Of a stretch of DNA of 64,000 bases, positions 35,691 through 47,433 are shown one piece after another. Made by a program: the position numbers and the translations under genes. Within the stretch, counting starts at the first letter, position 1, and every line of letters begins with the position of its first letter. Origin of the DNA: Cinqassovirus ah1 (Duplodnaviria > Heunggongvirae > Uroviricota > Caudoviricetes > Straboviridae); IMG/VR virus record IMGVR_UViG_2974724611_000001, positions 76,650-140,649 of that record, one strand, 5' to 3'. Below the pieces are notes generated by a model that saw only the letters and a list, made by a program, of their open reading frames with translations, made no database searches and was not told the origin of the DNA.

Positions 35691-36905
35691 CCGTATTAGT
35701 ACCAACTCGCTTGAGAATTTCACGATTGAGCGAATTCTGGTAATGCAAGGTGAAAACGGATTTGAAGTCAGTGATGCGTTTTACTCAATCGAGATAAACG
35801 AGGGAATGACTAAGGGATTTATGACTGGTGTTCTTACGATTAAGAATGATGCTGATTTTCTCGATGTTGCTATGAATCCTAGAGGTGATGAATACATCGA
35901 GATCAGCTTTTATCACAAATACCCAGGTGGTGCTTCTGGTAAAAAGTTCACCAAGCTATTCCGTGTTAACTCTTATAAAGAGTTTACCGACGCAAATACA
36001 ATGAGTCGTGGTGTAATTGAATTCCATTTTGAGAGTGTTGGATCTATTGATAACGAATTCGTTAGAGTTTCTAAGTCTTATTCCAACGTTGTACCCATGT
36101 TATTGTTGCTGATATGCTCAAACTTCTTGGATACAAAGACATTGATATGAAGATTGAGCCAACTCTTTATAACAAAGATATTGTTATTCCTAATTTGACT
36201 CCGATTGAAGTGATAGGACATCTTGTTAATCATTCTCAATCGGGTGATAGTATTACGAAAGGAGATAGCAACTTTTATTTCTTTGAGAACAGGGATCAGA
36301 TCAACTTTGTTAGTGGATCGAGTATTGTCAACACTGCTCCGGTTGCGACTTATGTTTATAACATGACAAGCGATCAGAATTTCCAAGGAAAGGTAATCAA
36401 GTTTGTTCGAGATCGCGGATATAACTTGCGGGATCAGGCAAGAAACGGTGCTTTTGGTGTGACTGTTATTTCAAACAGTCTTGTTGATAAGAGTTATAGA
36501 GTTACTCCCTTGGAAGTTGAAAGTGTCAAAGCGGTATATAAGACTTTGAATACGGATAAGTGGTATGGAGGCACAGTTGGAAACAATCGTGATTCATGTA
36601 TTCTTATGTCTAGTGAGGATCAGATGTATCAATATTTGAACATGGGTTCTAACGGTAATAGCCTCGGTATTCAAAGAGTAAATAGATCAAACTTTAATGC
36701 CAAACGCGCATTCGCTCGTATTGGTGGAAATACCGACATTACAAGCGGAAGTGTTATCGACTTGAAAGTGCCGAGTATGAGTGGAAATAGCAATAACAGA
36801 GATAGCGGCAAGTGGATCGTTTTCTCTGTTCGTCACTTCCTAACTCGGGAGCAATATTTTATGGATCTTGAGTTAATGAGTGATTCCGATATTAGGAGAA
36901 CTTAA
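35680..36905 (+). CDS. 27: Probable gp27 baseplate hub (frameshift near 36090)
   Basis: Position between 53 and 5; FYFFEN; C-terminal GSVIDL...SGKWIVFSVRH hub signature. Confidence 0.7.
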
Positions 36906-38719
36906 TGTTTTACGGATTACAATATAAGTGGTTCGAAGGAGTCGTGGAGGATCGATTTGATCCTCTCGATCTGGGACGTGTTCGTGTTCGTGTGATGGGA
37001 ATTCATAGCAATCAAAAAGCAAAGAACGACAAGAATGGTATCCCAACAGAAGAGTTATTGTGGATGCATCCAATGCTCCCAATTACATCTGCATCTATGT
37101 CCGGTATAGGACAAAGTCCAACTGGATTAGTTGAAGGCTCACATGTTGTTGGATATTTTAGAGATTCATTTTGTCAAGATGGTGTTATTATAGGATCTCT
37201 ACCTGGGATTTATAAAAATAAGCCAGATTCGACAAAAGGATTCGCTGATCCGAACGGACAATATCCGAGATACGTCGGCAATGACGTAAACGTATTGGCT
37301 GGAGGTGGACAACCAGGAAGCGGAGGTTCTGGTAGCGGAGCTATGGTAGGTCCAAACGGTGAGCCTATTTCCGTTTATACTCAGAATGAGAATACTGGAC
37401 TAGCAGTTAAGCCGGATGATACACCAGCCGGAGAATATATTCCAGACGATGATCCAAATTTCACGATTGAAAAGATGCTTGTTCAAGACGAAGGTGTCCG
37501 CACTAAATGGTATCTTGACTCGGAGGGATATCCAACAATTGGAATCGGTCATTTGATTATAAGAGAAAGAACGAGTAACTTGGTAACGATCAACTCTATT
37601 TTGAGTGCTCAATTAGGAAGAGTTGTTACTGGTGGTGTTATTACTTCGGAAGAAGTTAGCAAACTATTTCAACAAGACTTGAATAAAGTTCGGGCTGATA
37701 TTATGCGGTTTACTTCTATTGCTCAAGTTTATATGAAAGCAAACAGATCTCGCCAAATGGCAATCGAGAATATGTGCTTTCAAATGGGTGCAGGTGGTCT
37801 CGCTAAGTTCAAAAACACACTAGCGGCTATGGCGCGTGAAGATTGGCCGGCGGCTTACAACGGATTACGCGACTCATTGTGGGCTAGACAAACTCCAGGA
37901 CGCTCTGCTAGAGTTTCCAAGATTATTCTAACGGGTAACTTAGAGTCGTATGGCGTAATGACTCCAGAAGCGGCTCCAAAGCTTATGCGAGTGAATAACG
38001 AAGACCCCATTGGCACAGTATCTCCTAGAGCTACAATCGAAGACTCTGATGACCCAGAAAATCCGCCAGAAGAGCCGAAGACTCGAATAATGTTCGAGGA
38101 GCCCAAATCAAGCTACGCGGCTCAATATCCATATAATCACGTTTATGAATCTGAGAGTGGGCATATTCAGGAATTCGATGATACTCCTGGCAAAGAACGT
38201 TACCACAGAAAACACCCGACTGGCACTTTTGAAGAAATACGCCCAGACGGAACACGTTTAGTTAAAATCGTTGGTGAGGATTATCTAATCGTCAAAAACG
38301 GAAGAAATCTAAACGTAAAGGGTAATTTGAAAGTTGTTATAGAGGGCAACGCGGAAATGTATTATATGGGAAATGTTACACAAACAATCGACGGTAACAT
38401 GACTCAAATGATACGCGGTAATGTTCAAGAGACGGTAGAAGGAAACGTTAATCAACATGTTGTTGGCAACGTTGATCAATTTATCGAAGGTAACGTGGGT
38501 CAACTTATTAGTGGCAACGTCAATCAAAATATAGACGGTAATGTTACACAGGGGATTAAAGGAAATCAAACATCAAATGTTGACGGAAACTATAAATTAA
38601 CTGTCAAGGGAAACTATGATGTTGTTGCTACTGGTAACGCTAAGATGAAGGGACAAAACGCTACTATGGAAGCTTCTGCTACCGCCCAAGTCAGCGGCTC
38701 AACTATTAATCTAAACTAA
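36905..38719 (+). CDS. 5: gp5, baseplate hub with lysozyme and beta-helix needle
   Basis: OB fold GVVEDRFDPLDLGRVRVR; lysozyme EG...DSEGYPTIGIGH; YPYNHV.ESESGH; 8-residue GNV repeats. Confidence 0.97.
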   Translation: MFYGLQYKWFEGVVEDRFDPLDLGRVRVRVMGIHSNQKAKNDKNGIPTEELLWMHPMLPITSASMSGIGQSPTGLVEGSHVVGYFRDSFCQDGVIIGSLPGIYKNKPDSTKGFADPNGQYPRYVGNDVNVLAGGGQPGSGGSGSGAMVGPNGEPISVYTQNENTGLAVKPDDTPAGEYIPDDDPNFTIEKMLVQDEGVRTKWYLDSEGYPTIGIGHLIIRERTSNLVTINSILSAQLGRVVTGGVITSEEVSKLFQQDLNKVRADIMRFTSIAQVYMKANRSRQMAIENMCFQMGAGGLAKFKNTLAAMAREDWPAAYNGLRDSLWARQTPGRSARVSKIILTGNLESYGVMTPEAAPKLMRVNNEDPIGTVSPRATIEDSDDPENPPEEPKTRIMFEEPKSSYAAQYPYNHVYESESGHIQEFDDTPGKERYHRKHPTGTFEEIRPDGTRLVKIVGEDYLIVKNGRNLNVKGNLKVVIEGNAEMYYMGNVTQTIDGNMTQMIRGNVQETVEGNVNQHVVGNVDQFIEGNVGQLISGNVNQNIDGNVTQGIKGNQTSNVDGNYKLTVKGNYDVVATGNAKMKGQNATMEASATAQVSGSTINLN

Positions 38720-38728
38720 GGAAAAAGA

Positions 38729-39283
38729 ATGGCAAATATAGTCGATCCGCTTGGTGGATGGGAACAATATGCCAATATCTACGAGTATTACGAGGGGGCA
38801 GGAAATCTGCCCGTTCGTCAGACGATTGAATTTGGCGCAAATATCGATCCACTAACGGAAGTTGTATTATCGGTTCGCGTTGATGTTAACGTGTTAATCG
38901 AAGATTACGGCGGAAGTAGAAGGGGCTTGCTTGTTGAGCCTAAGTTTGTTGATTATTTTGAAAAGAACGGAGCTAAGTTCACAATAAAATATAGGGATCG
39001 GAAAACACTTGAAATAAAAACTGCCAATGGTTTCTCCGAGTTGCCTTTTGATCCAAAAACTTGTGATATTATTGAGTTTAATCCACCCGGTGAATTGTCA
39101 GCTCAAATAATATACAAACCTACTATCACTTATAGAAAATACGATCCTCTCAATCCAGGACTTCCTGGCACAGTTCAAAACACCTCAAAAACATACATTC
39201 AGACGCTTCATGGATCATATCAGGGATGGGCAAATAAACTCAAAGATTACATAAATAAGAGTGGACCATTTCCGAGGATATAA
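38729..39283 (+). CDS. gp5.1-like protein
   Basis: Position after gp5; weak recall of similarity. Confidence 0.55.
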   Translation: MANIVDPLGGWEQYANIYEYYEGAGNLPVRQTIEFGANIDPLTEVVLSVRVDVNVLIEDYGGSRRGLLVEPKFVDYFEKNGAKFTIKYRDRKTLEIKTANGFSELPFDPKTCDIIEFNPPGELSAQIIYKPTITYRKYDPLNPGLPGTVQNTSKTYIQTLHGSYQGWANKLKDYINKSGPFPRI

Positions 39284-39284
39284 C

Positions 39285-39578
39285 ATGGCAGGAATTGTAT
39301 TAAACATGGCCCCAACTATTGGACCGGGGCCGTGGAAACCTTCAAAAGTTGTTGGCACTAGCTCTACTGTATTTGCAGAGGGCCAACAAATCGTAGTTAA
39401 ACAAGATGATCAAGTAATAAAACATGAAAGGCCAGACGGACCTGATTGGAAGCAAGGCAAAGTTATCGCAAGCACTTCTAAAGTATTTGTTGAAGGAAAG
39501 CCAATTGCTCAAATCGGAGACGTATGCACCGATGGTGAAATACTGGTGAAGTCGGCAACAAGCGTATTTGCTTCATAA
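39285..39578 (+). CDS. 5.4: gp5.4, PAAR-like spike tip
   Basis: VFAEG...VFVEGKPIAQIGD pattern. Confidence 0.8.
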   Translation: MAGIVLNMAPTIGPGPWKPSKVVGTSSTVFAEGQQIVVKQDDQVIKHERPDGPDWKQGKVIASTSKVFVEGKPIAQIGDVCTDGEILVKSATSVFAS

Positions 39579-39587
39579 GGAGAAATC

Positions 39588-40010
39588 ATGAGTTTGTTTA
39601 AAAATCGACTGCGAATGTTAGCGGTTGATACAAAAGAGTATTATTCCGATATTTCTGCTGATTTTAGCCGAGACTTCCGAGACAACGATATTAGTGTAGT
39701 CACGAATGTTAGTGCTGTTCAACAATCTATGGCAGGAATTATTGGAACGCGACGTGGTGAACGTCCATTCGACCCCAATTTCGGATGCGATATTCATAAC
39801 TCGCTGTTTGAAAACATGAGCGAGGCATCGGCTACCGCGATTGAACGCTCGATATACGACGCAATAGGCAACTATGAGCCTCGTGTTCGAATTGAAAACG
39901 TATCCGTTATTCCAGTATATGACAGAAACGAATATATCGTTACTCTGTATTATCGGCTAATAACAGATCTCAACTATTTGTACGAACTTAAAATGGGAGT
40001 AGCTGGATAA
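39588..40010 (+). CDS. 25: gp25, baseplate wedge
   Basis: YYSDI, GERPFDPNFG, YEPRV. Confidence 0.95.
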   Translation: MSLFKNRLRMLAVDTKEYYSDISADFSRDFRDNDISVVTNVSAVQQSMAGIIGTRRGERPFDPNFGCDIHNSLFENMSEASATAIERSIYDAIGNYEPRVRIENVSVIPVYDRNEYIVTLYYRLITDLNYLYELKMGVAG

Positions 40011-41953
40011 TGGCTAATAAGATTAATGCAGTGGATTTGCCGAAGGATTTTACCGGTGCTTCGTTTGAGCAAATCAAAGTAAAGCTGATTCGTTGGTTGC
40101 AGAATCAGGATGAATTTAAAGATTATAATTTCGCTGGCAGTCGCTTATCCGTTTTGACTGATTTACTGGCATACGCAACCCTGTATATTCAACAGTTTGG
40201 TAACGCCGCTGTATTTGAAAGCTTCTTGCGTCTTGCACAACTGAGATCGTCGGTTGTTCAGCATGTACAGGATCAGGGTTATTTGCCTTCTACTGCGAGC
40301 GCGAGTGGAACAACTGTTCGATTCACTGGATATTACAGTCCTATGGAATCAAGTCCGATTTCTATTACTATTCCTCGTGGAACAAAGTTCACCGGCTCGA
40401 TTGAAGATATCGATTTCTATGATTATGTAACTTGGGATGATGTTCAAGTTATCCGAGGCATTAACAATCGTTATATTACAGATCTTGCGTTGAAACAGGG
40501 TAGAATTATTCGTCAGGAAATGATTTACCAGAAAGATAGTATTATCGAGATTAACGATACCAGTATTGATAGAAACTATGTTCGTGTTTATGTTGACGGC
40601 GCTCCTTGGACGGACTGGACCACTAAGCCTCTTGTTAGTGTTGGTGGTACAAGCACTGTATTTTATCAGCGTGAAACAATCGACGGATATACCGAGATTT
40701 TCTTCGGTGAAGGCGAGAAAGTAATTAAAGCTAATGGACAGTTGAGTTCAAGCTTTGTTGGTGGATTAAAGCCTTCCGTTGGCTCAACTATCGTTATTGA
40801 ATATCTGACTACCGACGGCAAAGTCGCTAACGGGTGTCGTAATTTTGCATACGTTGATACTATTCCAAATATTGTCGTTGAGCGCATCGAAGAAAATCCA
40901 ACTTCTCCGCTTGGAAAAGATGACCCAAATTATACAGGTGCAGCCGGTGGTGGTGGAGAGGAAGATATTGAGCGTCTGCGCGAACTTGGACCTATTATGA
41001 GAGAGACCCAGCGCCGTGCGGTTACTCGATCTGATTATGAGGCTTTCGTCAACTACCGTTTTGGTAACATCGTTCAAGCTGTTCAATGTTATACAGATTC
41101 AGAAAAGCCTGGATATGCATTTATTGCTATCAAGCCAAAAGACGGGCTTTATTTGACTACCGTTCAGAAAGAAGATATTCAAAACTTCCTGCGCGAATAC
41201 AACGTGGCAACAATTACCCCCGTTGTTCATAGTCCGAATTACCTATATGTCAAATCGAACGTGAAGGTAACATACGCAATGAATAACTTGAGTCAAACAG
41301 AAGAGTGGCTACAGGGTAAAGTATTGGACGCAATTGACCGCTATTACATCGAAGAAGTTGAGATTTTCAACAAGGGCTTCTATACATCCAAATTGAACGG
41401 ACGAATTGATGATGCGGATATATCAATTCTTGGTACTACTACGAATATCGGTCTTGTTCGCGAAATTGAGAATTTCTATTCTTCTCCAATGATTGGCATT
41501 AAATACTTGAATAAGATTACCGAAGGATCAGTATACAGCTCTGATATCAAGTATACTCCAAGAGCGGGAACAAGTTATAATGTTCATTATGTCGGTACAA
41601 GAAAGAACAATGTTTCATTTAACGGCAAAGTTGGAATGACTTTGATTGGACCATTCGCCGTTGGTGATATCACCGGTGTTCCTGCATATACAGGAAACGA
41701 CTTTGATCGCAAAGTTATTGACGGCAGAAATCTATATTATGCTGTTGGTGAAGTTGATTATGTTGCCGATGCGATTTCTTTCAATCTAGGTGTTCTAAAT
41801 CAGAATATCGATAAGTTTAGTTCTGCTTATATTGAACTTCATGCAACACCCGTCGAAGATAACATTTATACTTCCGACGGAACAATGATTGTGTTCGAAA
41901 ATAACCTCAGACCACAATATACCACTATTCAAATGGAGGCGGTAGTTCGCTAA
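40010..41953 (+). CDS. 6: gp6, baseplate wedge
   Basis: FKDYNFAGSRL, AQLRSSVV, QRRAVT..DY. Confidence 0.95.
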   Translation: MANKINAVDLPKDFTGASFEQIKVKLIRWLQNQDEFKDYNFAGSRLSVLTDLLAYATLYIQQFGNAAVFESFLRLAQLRSSVVQHVQDQGYLPSTASASGTTVRFTGYYSPMESSPISITIPRGTKFTGSIEDIDFYDYVTWDDVQVIRGINNRYITDLALKQGRIIRQEMIYQKDSIIEINDTSIDRNYVRVYVDGAPWTDWTTKPLVSVGGTSTVFYQRETIDGYTEIFFGEGEKVIKANGQLSSSFVGGLKPSVGSTIVIEYLTTDGKVANGCRNFAYVDTIPNIVVERIEENPTSPLGKDDPNYTGAAGGGGEEDIERLRELGPIMRETQRRAVTRSDYEAFVNYRFGNIVQAVQCYTDSEKPGYAFIAIKPKDGLYLTTVQKEDIQNFLREYNVATITPVVHSPNYLYVKSNVKVTYAMNNLSQTEEWLQGKVLDAIDRYYIEEVEIFNKGFYTSKLNGRIDDADISILGTTTNIGLVREIENFYSSPMIGIKYLNKITEGSVYSSDIKYTPRAGTSYNVHYVGTRKNNVSFNGKVGMTLIGPFAVGDITGVPAYTGNDFDRKVIDGRNLYYAVGEVDYVADAISFNLGVLNQNIDKFSSAYIELHATPVEDNIYTSDGTMIVFENNLRPQYTTIQMEAVVR

Positions 41954-44900
41954 TGATTAAGGCACCCACGATTACCAGCTTGCGTATAGCAAAGCTTGGT
42001 GCAAACTTCTTGCACTTGAAATGGGATGACGTGGGTTCTAACTTCTTTTACATCGTAGAATATTCCATCGATAACGGTGATGGAAATTATGCGTGGATTC
42101 AGCGCGGGGTCACACCAGACCCAGACTGGTTCGAAGATAGAATCCTTGCACCCAACACAAAATACATTTTTAGAATCTCTACCACTTTCTCTGGATTTGA
42201 GCCGTCGGATTGGGTTTATTCTGATGTTTTTGAAACATTCGACACAAACGCTTATTCCGTTAGTACAATGTCGCAGTTGATTCCTAATAATGTTTTTGTA
42301 AAAAACAAATTGACTGATAACAAAAATTACGTGAACTTTGACAAGGATCCGATCTATGCAACGCTGATGAACGAAAACTTTGTATATGACCCGGGTATTG
42401 CTAATATCACCAATATAGAAAACTTTATTGCCGCTGATGAGGAATCACACCTAATACAAGAAGAAGTTGAAAAGGTTTGTGTTAGCGTTGACCGTACTTA
42501 TCTCGGATATAAGGACGAAGTTCTTTATACATTCGAGCGTTTCCAGAATATGGCAAAAGTATCGAATGACGGAGGCCAAAACTGGTGGTATTATCAAGCT
42601 CTAACCGGTAGAATTGGATATCCAGTTGCTCGAACAATCATGTATCAAAACTCAAACAGTAGTTTCCTGTTGGGTTATGATGATGTTTTCTACGGACGTC
42701 AGTCTGATGAAATCCGATTCAGTAGCAATACGCATTTCTGGTCTGACGATCAAATCACATTCGTTCGTATGGACGTCGATGCCAGTATCCCATTTAAGAC
42801 TCTGGTATTCGGTCGCTACACTTCATATCCGGAAGATATTCGACGCAAGGTAGAAGCACAGGCGGCGTCCAATCAGTGGATTTATGCTGTAGCGGAAGAT
42901 AAATTTCGTCGCATTCTCGTTAAGAACGCTCCTATTGGCACAGACGCAGAGGGCAACACAATCAAGATGTGGGACAGTAATGTTTACCATATCACAAATA
43001 ACCCGCTTTGCGTTGTCAAGAAACTTGATGTATTCAAGGACAAATGCTACGCATTGGTAACTGGTAAAGTTGCAACTATGGAAACAGATCGTCGCAATCC
43101 GGATAATATTTTGCCTGCGTCGGAAGCCGGTGTATATCGATTTGATGAAGTATATAAACCAGAATTATTCAAGCTTGGGAATATTAACTCGAACGGATAC
43201 ACAAAAGGAATTGACTTTGCAAAAATGTCGGTTACTTTTGCGGGTGGGTCACATGCCGGTCAAGTAACAACGTCTTGGGAAAATCGAGTATTCAGGGGAA
43301 AGAACGGTGTCCAGATGACCGTTGTTCGCACTATTAGTAGCAAGAACAAAGACGCATTTATTTTTGATGCGGATTTGAAAGATGCTGACGGAAATTTGGT
43401 TCAGGCTAAAGTTGATGCATTCAATGCCGCATTTGCAAATCCAAATGAGTTTGAGCTTATCATGGAAAATGGTCAGATTGTACTACCTGGTATTCCAAAC
43501 GGTGGTTCTTGGGTCAGAGTTTTCGGTAATACCGAACAGGAAAGACTTAGCATTGAACATAAGTTCAGCAACATGAGTACCGACGGAGTAAACATCTTTG
43601 TTAGTTCCGCTGCTTATAAGTTTGATGAAACTGTTGTTGATTCTGATTTGCCACAAAAATATCCAGATGATGTTAGTTCAGCAGTAAAATATAGTTCCGA
43701 ATATCCATATTTGTCTTACAAGAGACACCACTTCTATGTATGGAAATCGGAGGACGGTGAAGAATATACAAGACGTCCGCAGACTTATTATAACGAGGCA
43801 AACTTTAGCTGGATGGCCACACATGGACAACGTTGCTGGATTTCTCATGACAATAAAGCAGTCGTTATTAATCCGAGAAAAACACATAGCTACAGATTAG
43901 ATCCGGATTACAAAACAAACAAGGAAGTATGGAATAAAGGAAACGTCAAGTTCTATCTCGAAAACGTCAAGTTTAGTGGGTTCACCCAATACTGTAACGG
44001 TATCATGATTCATAAGGGATATGATCGCGAACGCGCTTCTGGAGGAGAAATAATTGCCTATTACGAATATCCATATCGTGTTCGTGATAATGCAACGATT
44101 GTTTGGAGACCTGAATTGGTAGCGATTGAGGCAAACTTACAAGATCAAGAACGTCCGACACCTCCTGTTGTGAAAGATGAAACTGGACTTGTTGATCCGG
44201 ACTTGAGTCACTTTATCAGAATAATGGGACCGGAAGTATATTTTGATGATGAATCCAATTTCTCTAAGTTTGGTGAATACTATCTGAAATATATTTCAGA
44301 AGGGTCTGAAACTTATTACAACAGACTTTTGAATCTGATTCGTAATAAGTATCCAAGAGAGAAAGACAACTTCGAATATCTGTGGTCAGAAATTAGACGT
44401 CGTAACATTTATTTGGATCAGGAAAAGCGCGATTCGGTTATTAGATTCTTCGAATCAAAAGCAGCAAATTTCTATAGTTCAAAGGGAACAGAAGCGAGTT
44501 ATAAATTCCTGTTCAAACTGCTATATGACGCGGACGTGGAAATCGAAGTAGAGAGTTCGGTTGGTATTGATTATGATATCGTTGTTAAGTCTGGAAACGT
44601 AGATCAAAGTCTCGTAGGACGCACTATATACACTCCTACCGGTAGAGCTAACGTTACCTATATCGAGCGTATCTATGATAGCGGCCTGCTTCGCTGGAAG
44701 ATTACATTGCATAACTTGATTGGTAAGTACGTCGAAGGGCAGATTATCAAATCAGAGAGTTCCGCATTTGAGGGTGAAATTGTTCGTGGTGTTCGAGGTA
44801 AAGAACTTGCTTATTCTGACATTGATTATATCAACCGGAATCGTTCTTACTATGTGATGAAAATTCGCTCCGAGTTGAACACCGCTAGGTATCGAGACGA

Positions 44901-45444
44901 TATTTTGCGTTTTGTTCATCCTGTTGGATTCGGGTTTATTGGTATTGCTATGCTAACTGTTTTTATTAACGGTGGTATTAGTATGGTGCCGCAGCAAACC
45001 ATGATTGAGATAAATAAGACATACAGATGGGACTCAGGGCTTCCTAGTGTAACTCCAAAACTGAAAACGAGTGTTAACCCGGATTCGCCGCTAGATAATC
45101 CAGATCCGTTATTTGATAGTAAAACCGGAGAATTGATCGAAGTTCAACAAGCACAGACTGCTTTTGATATTGCTAAATGGCAGACTGCGAAAGATTCAAA
45201 CGGTGTTGCTTACGGAAACAGGAATTATGACGCAAACGAATCAAACGTTACTTGGAACGGAAAAGTTTATAAACCGTCCGAAAGACGTTTAGAATGGAGT
45301 CCTTTGTTCAGTGATTTTAGTACACGATTCAGTGATTATCGCCGTCTCGTAGAACAAAGACTGAAAGACGACTTGGGAGATCCTCGTGATGTTAGTCGTT
45401 TGGTAGCTTTGAAAGAACCGTCACAAACAAGAATTGAGGAATAA
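41953..45444 (+). CDS. 7: gp7, baseplate wedge initiator
   Basis: MIKAPTITSLRI.KL, WDDVGSNFFY, KGTEASYKFLFKLLY, FVHPVGFGF. Confidence 0.95.
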   Translation: MIKAPTITSLRIAKLGANFLHLKWDDVGSNFFYIVEYSIDNGDGNYAWIQRGVTPDPDWFEDRILAPNTKYIFRISTTFSGFEPSDWVYSDVFETFDTNAYSVSTMSQLIPNNVFVKNKLTDNKNYVNFDKDPIYATLMNENFVYDPGIANITNIENFIAADEESHLIQEEVEKVCVSVDRTYLGYKDEVLYTFERFQNMAKVSNDGGQNWWYYQALTGRIGYPVARTIMYQNSNSSFLLGYDDVFYGRQSDEIRFSSNTHFWSDDQITFVRMDVDASIPFKTLVFGRYTSYPEDIRRKVEAQAASNQWIYAVAEDKFRRILVKNAPIGTDAEGNTIKMWDSNVYHITNNPLCVVKKLDVFKDKCYALVTGKVATMETDRRNPDNILPASEAGVYRFDEVYKPELFKLGNINSNGYTKGIDFAKMSVTFAGGSHAGQVTTSWENRVFRGKNGVQMTVVRTISSKNKDAFIFDADLKDADGNLVQAKVDAFNAAFANPNEFELIMENGQIVLPGIPNGGSWVRVFGNTEQERLSIEHKFSNMSTDGVNIFVSSAAYKFDETVVDSDLPQKYPDDVSSAVKYSSEYPYLSYKRHHFYVWKSEDGEEYTRRPQTYYNEANFSWMATHGQRCWISHDNKAVVINPRKTHSYRLDPDYKTNKEVWNKGNVKFYLENVKFSGFTQYCNGIMIHKGYDRERASGGEIIAYYEYPYRVRDNATIVWRPELVAIEANLQDQERPTPPVVKDETGLVDPDLSHFIRIMGPEVYFDDESNFSKFGEYYLKYISEGSETYYNRLLNLIRNKYPREKDNFEYLWSEIRRRNIYLDQEKRDSVIRFFESKAANFYSSKGTEASYKFLFKLLYDADVEIEVESSVGIDYDIVVKSGNVDQSLVGRTIYTPTGRANVTYIERIYDSGLLRWKITLHNLIGKYVEGQIIKSESSAFEGEIVRGVRGKELAYSDIDYINRNRSYYVMKIRSELNTARYRDDILRFVHPVGFGFIGIAMLTVFINGGISMVPQQTMIEINKTYRWDSGLPSVTPKLKTSVNPDSPLDNPDPLFDSKTGELIEVQQAQTAFDIAKWQTAKDSNGVAYGNRNYDANESNVTWNGKVYKPSERRLEWSPLFSDFSTRFSDYRRLVEQRLKDDLGDPRDVSRLVALKEPSQTRIEE

Positions 45445-45445
45445 A

Positions 45446-46431
45446 ATGTCTTCTATTATCTATCGTTCAATTGTAACAAGTAAGTTCAGGACAGAAAACC
45501 TCCTGAACTTTTATAACTCGATTGGCGATACGGCAGACAAACATACGATTTACGCGACATTTGGCCGCCCAGATAAATGGGCGGACAATGAGACGGATTC
45601 TAAGTTTGCTCCACCGTATCCAGATGATTCAATCGAGGGAATCGCTGATGTATGGTCCCGTATGTTGGGTGCTGTAAAAATCCAGCAAGCTTTATTGCGT
45701 CCTGTTGTTCCTCGTGACGACTGGGGAGATCAGCGATTTACTGATCCGTTTATTCATCATATCGGTGATATTGTTGTAACAAACAGTGCTCCCTATAATA
45801 GAACAGAGATTGGTTCTGGGTGGATGATTTATCGTTGCGTTGATGTTCCTAACGTCGGACAATGTAGTATTAAAAGCATTGTTGAAAAGGGCGAGTGTAT
45901 GAAAATCGGAGGTAAGTGGACACCTAGCGTGAATCGCTTTTGCCTGTTGGTAAGAGTGACGGCGTTGATATGAAAGACGGATATATCTGGGAATATCTAT
46001 ATACGATTCCGCCCGATGTGGCAATTAACGAATGCACAAACGAGCATATTGTTGTGCCGACTCCACAGGAATTGATTTCTAATCCAACTCGTTGGGGTTA
46101 TCAACATGTATTGAAGTGGTATCCCAATAAATACGATGTTATCTATAGAATGAAATGTCATACGTTGCGATTCCGAGCGTACATTGACAGTATTTATTTT
46201 AAAGAAGCGTCTATGGTAGGTAACAAAGGTTTCCGTCAAATGAGTGTTATTCTTGATCCTATTTTGGTGAAAAATAACCCAGCAAGCCCTGATGTTAAAG
46301 CGACGGGTGCAAACTATTTGCCAAGTCAACTTGAAAGACATTCGGGCGAAATGATTTATATGGAAAACAGACAGCCTATTATTCGTTCGCGAGATCAAAC
46401 GGAAGAGTTCAACTTAGTATTTGAGTTTTAA
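45446..46431 (+). CDS. 8: gp8, baseplate wedge (frameshift near 45930)
   Basis: IYRSIVTSKFRTENL, FAPPYP, WEYLYTIP, HSGEMIYMENRQPI. Confidence 0.92.
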
Positions 46432-46433
46432 TG

Positions 46434-46459
46434 AGAGCCACCTTCGGGTGGCTTTTTTA
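46434..46459 (+). terminator. Intrinsic terminator
   Basis: AGCCACC-TTCG-GGTGGCT followed by T-run. Confidence 0.85.
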
Positions 46460-46506
46460 TTGGTGATTTTGCTAAATAAGTTAATATAACAACGGAGAAC
46501 TTTATA

Positions 46507-47433
46507 ATGCAGCAAACTAAGATTTTGATTGACACCGGTGAAGAAGGTGTGGAAGGAACAGGCGATACCCTATACCAAGGCGGTACTTCGCTTAATAGAA
46601 ACTTGAATAGCTTGTATAATGTGTTTGGTGATTACAGACAATTTAAGTCTGATGCCGGACAAGGAAATCAAGTAATGACTCTTCATGCCGGTGGATATTA
46701 TCAGAAGCACTCCCGTGCATATTATGCAGGAGCAGAGCAACCCAGCGGTAACCCAGTTGAGTTCGGATCGCTTCACGATCTCTCTGTTACAAGAGACGGT
46801 GCAGGCGATTTGATTGTTACTCTTCCTGCTGGTAACAATCACCAGGGAGAATATGTCCACGTTATCAACACAGACGGTTCTGTTGGTGTTGGATCAGGCA
46901 AAGAAGTTATTATTCGTGTGAGTGGTTCCGGTGATAGTATTGGAACTCTAGGAACACAGATGAAAATCCAGAAACCATATTTTTCTATTCGCCTATGGGT
47001 GGATAAAGCAAACCCAACTGGTTCACATTGGAGCTATAAAGTTGAGAGTTTGTTTGGTGACGGATCTGTTCCATATAACAGTGTCATTTCAAACATCGGC
47101 ACAGGAGTAACCAAAGATATTCCTCTGTTCAACAAATTCCAGTATAACGCAGTTAAGCATATGGTATTTGTTACCGAGCGTGGATCGAATATTCAGCAAG
47201 AAGCGAGTGAAGTTTTGGTACTCGTAAATAACAGCAACAATAACGACAACACTGTTTATATGACGGAATACGCTCGTATCCGCACTAAGTCAACTGCAAA
47301 TTCAAAAGACGATTTGCTATATGAAGCTGATTATAGAATTGTGAATGGAGTTGTTAGAATGTATGTCAAGAACATCGGTTCGACTGCAATTGACGTTACC
47401 GTTAAAGCAATCGAATCCATTGGGGGTCAATAA
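46507..47433 (+). CDS. 9: gp9, long tail fibre connector
   Basis: IDTG...GDTLYQGG..LN.N, GYYQKH; CTAAATA at 46472-46478. Confidence 0.9.
   Translation: MQQTKILIDTGEEGVEGTGDTLYQGGTSLNRNLNSLYNVFGDYRQFKSDAGQGNQVMTLHAGGYYQKHSRAYYAGAEQPSGNPVEFGSLHDLSVTRDGAGDLIVTLPAGNNHQGEYVHVINTDGSVGVGSGKEVIIRVSGSGDSIGTLGTQMKIQKPYFSIRLWVDKANPTGSHWSYKVESLFGDGSVPYNSVISNIGTGVTKDIPLFNKFQYNAVKHMVFVTERGSNIQQEASEVLVLVNNSNNNDNTVYMTEYARIRTKSTANSKDDLLYEADYRIVNGVVRMYVKNIGSTAIDVTVKAIESIGGQ

Noticed and set aside
38340-38640. 24-nt periodic repeats
   Set aside because: They encode the normal gp5 triple beta-helix.
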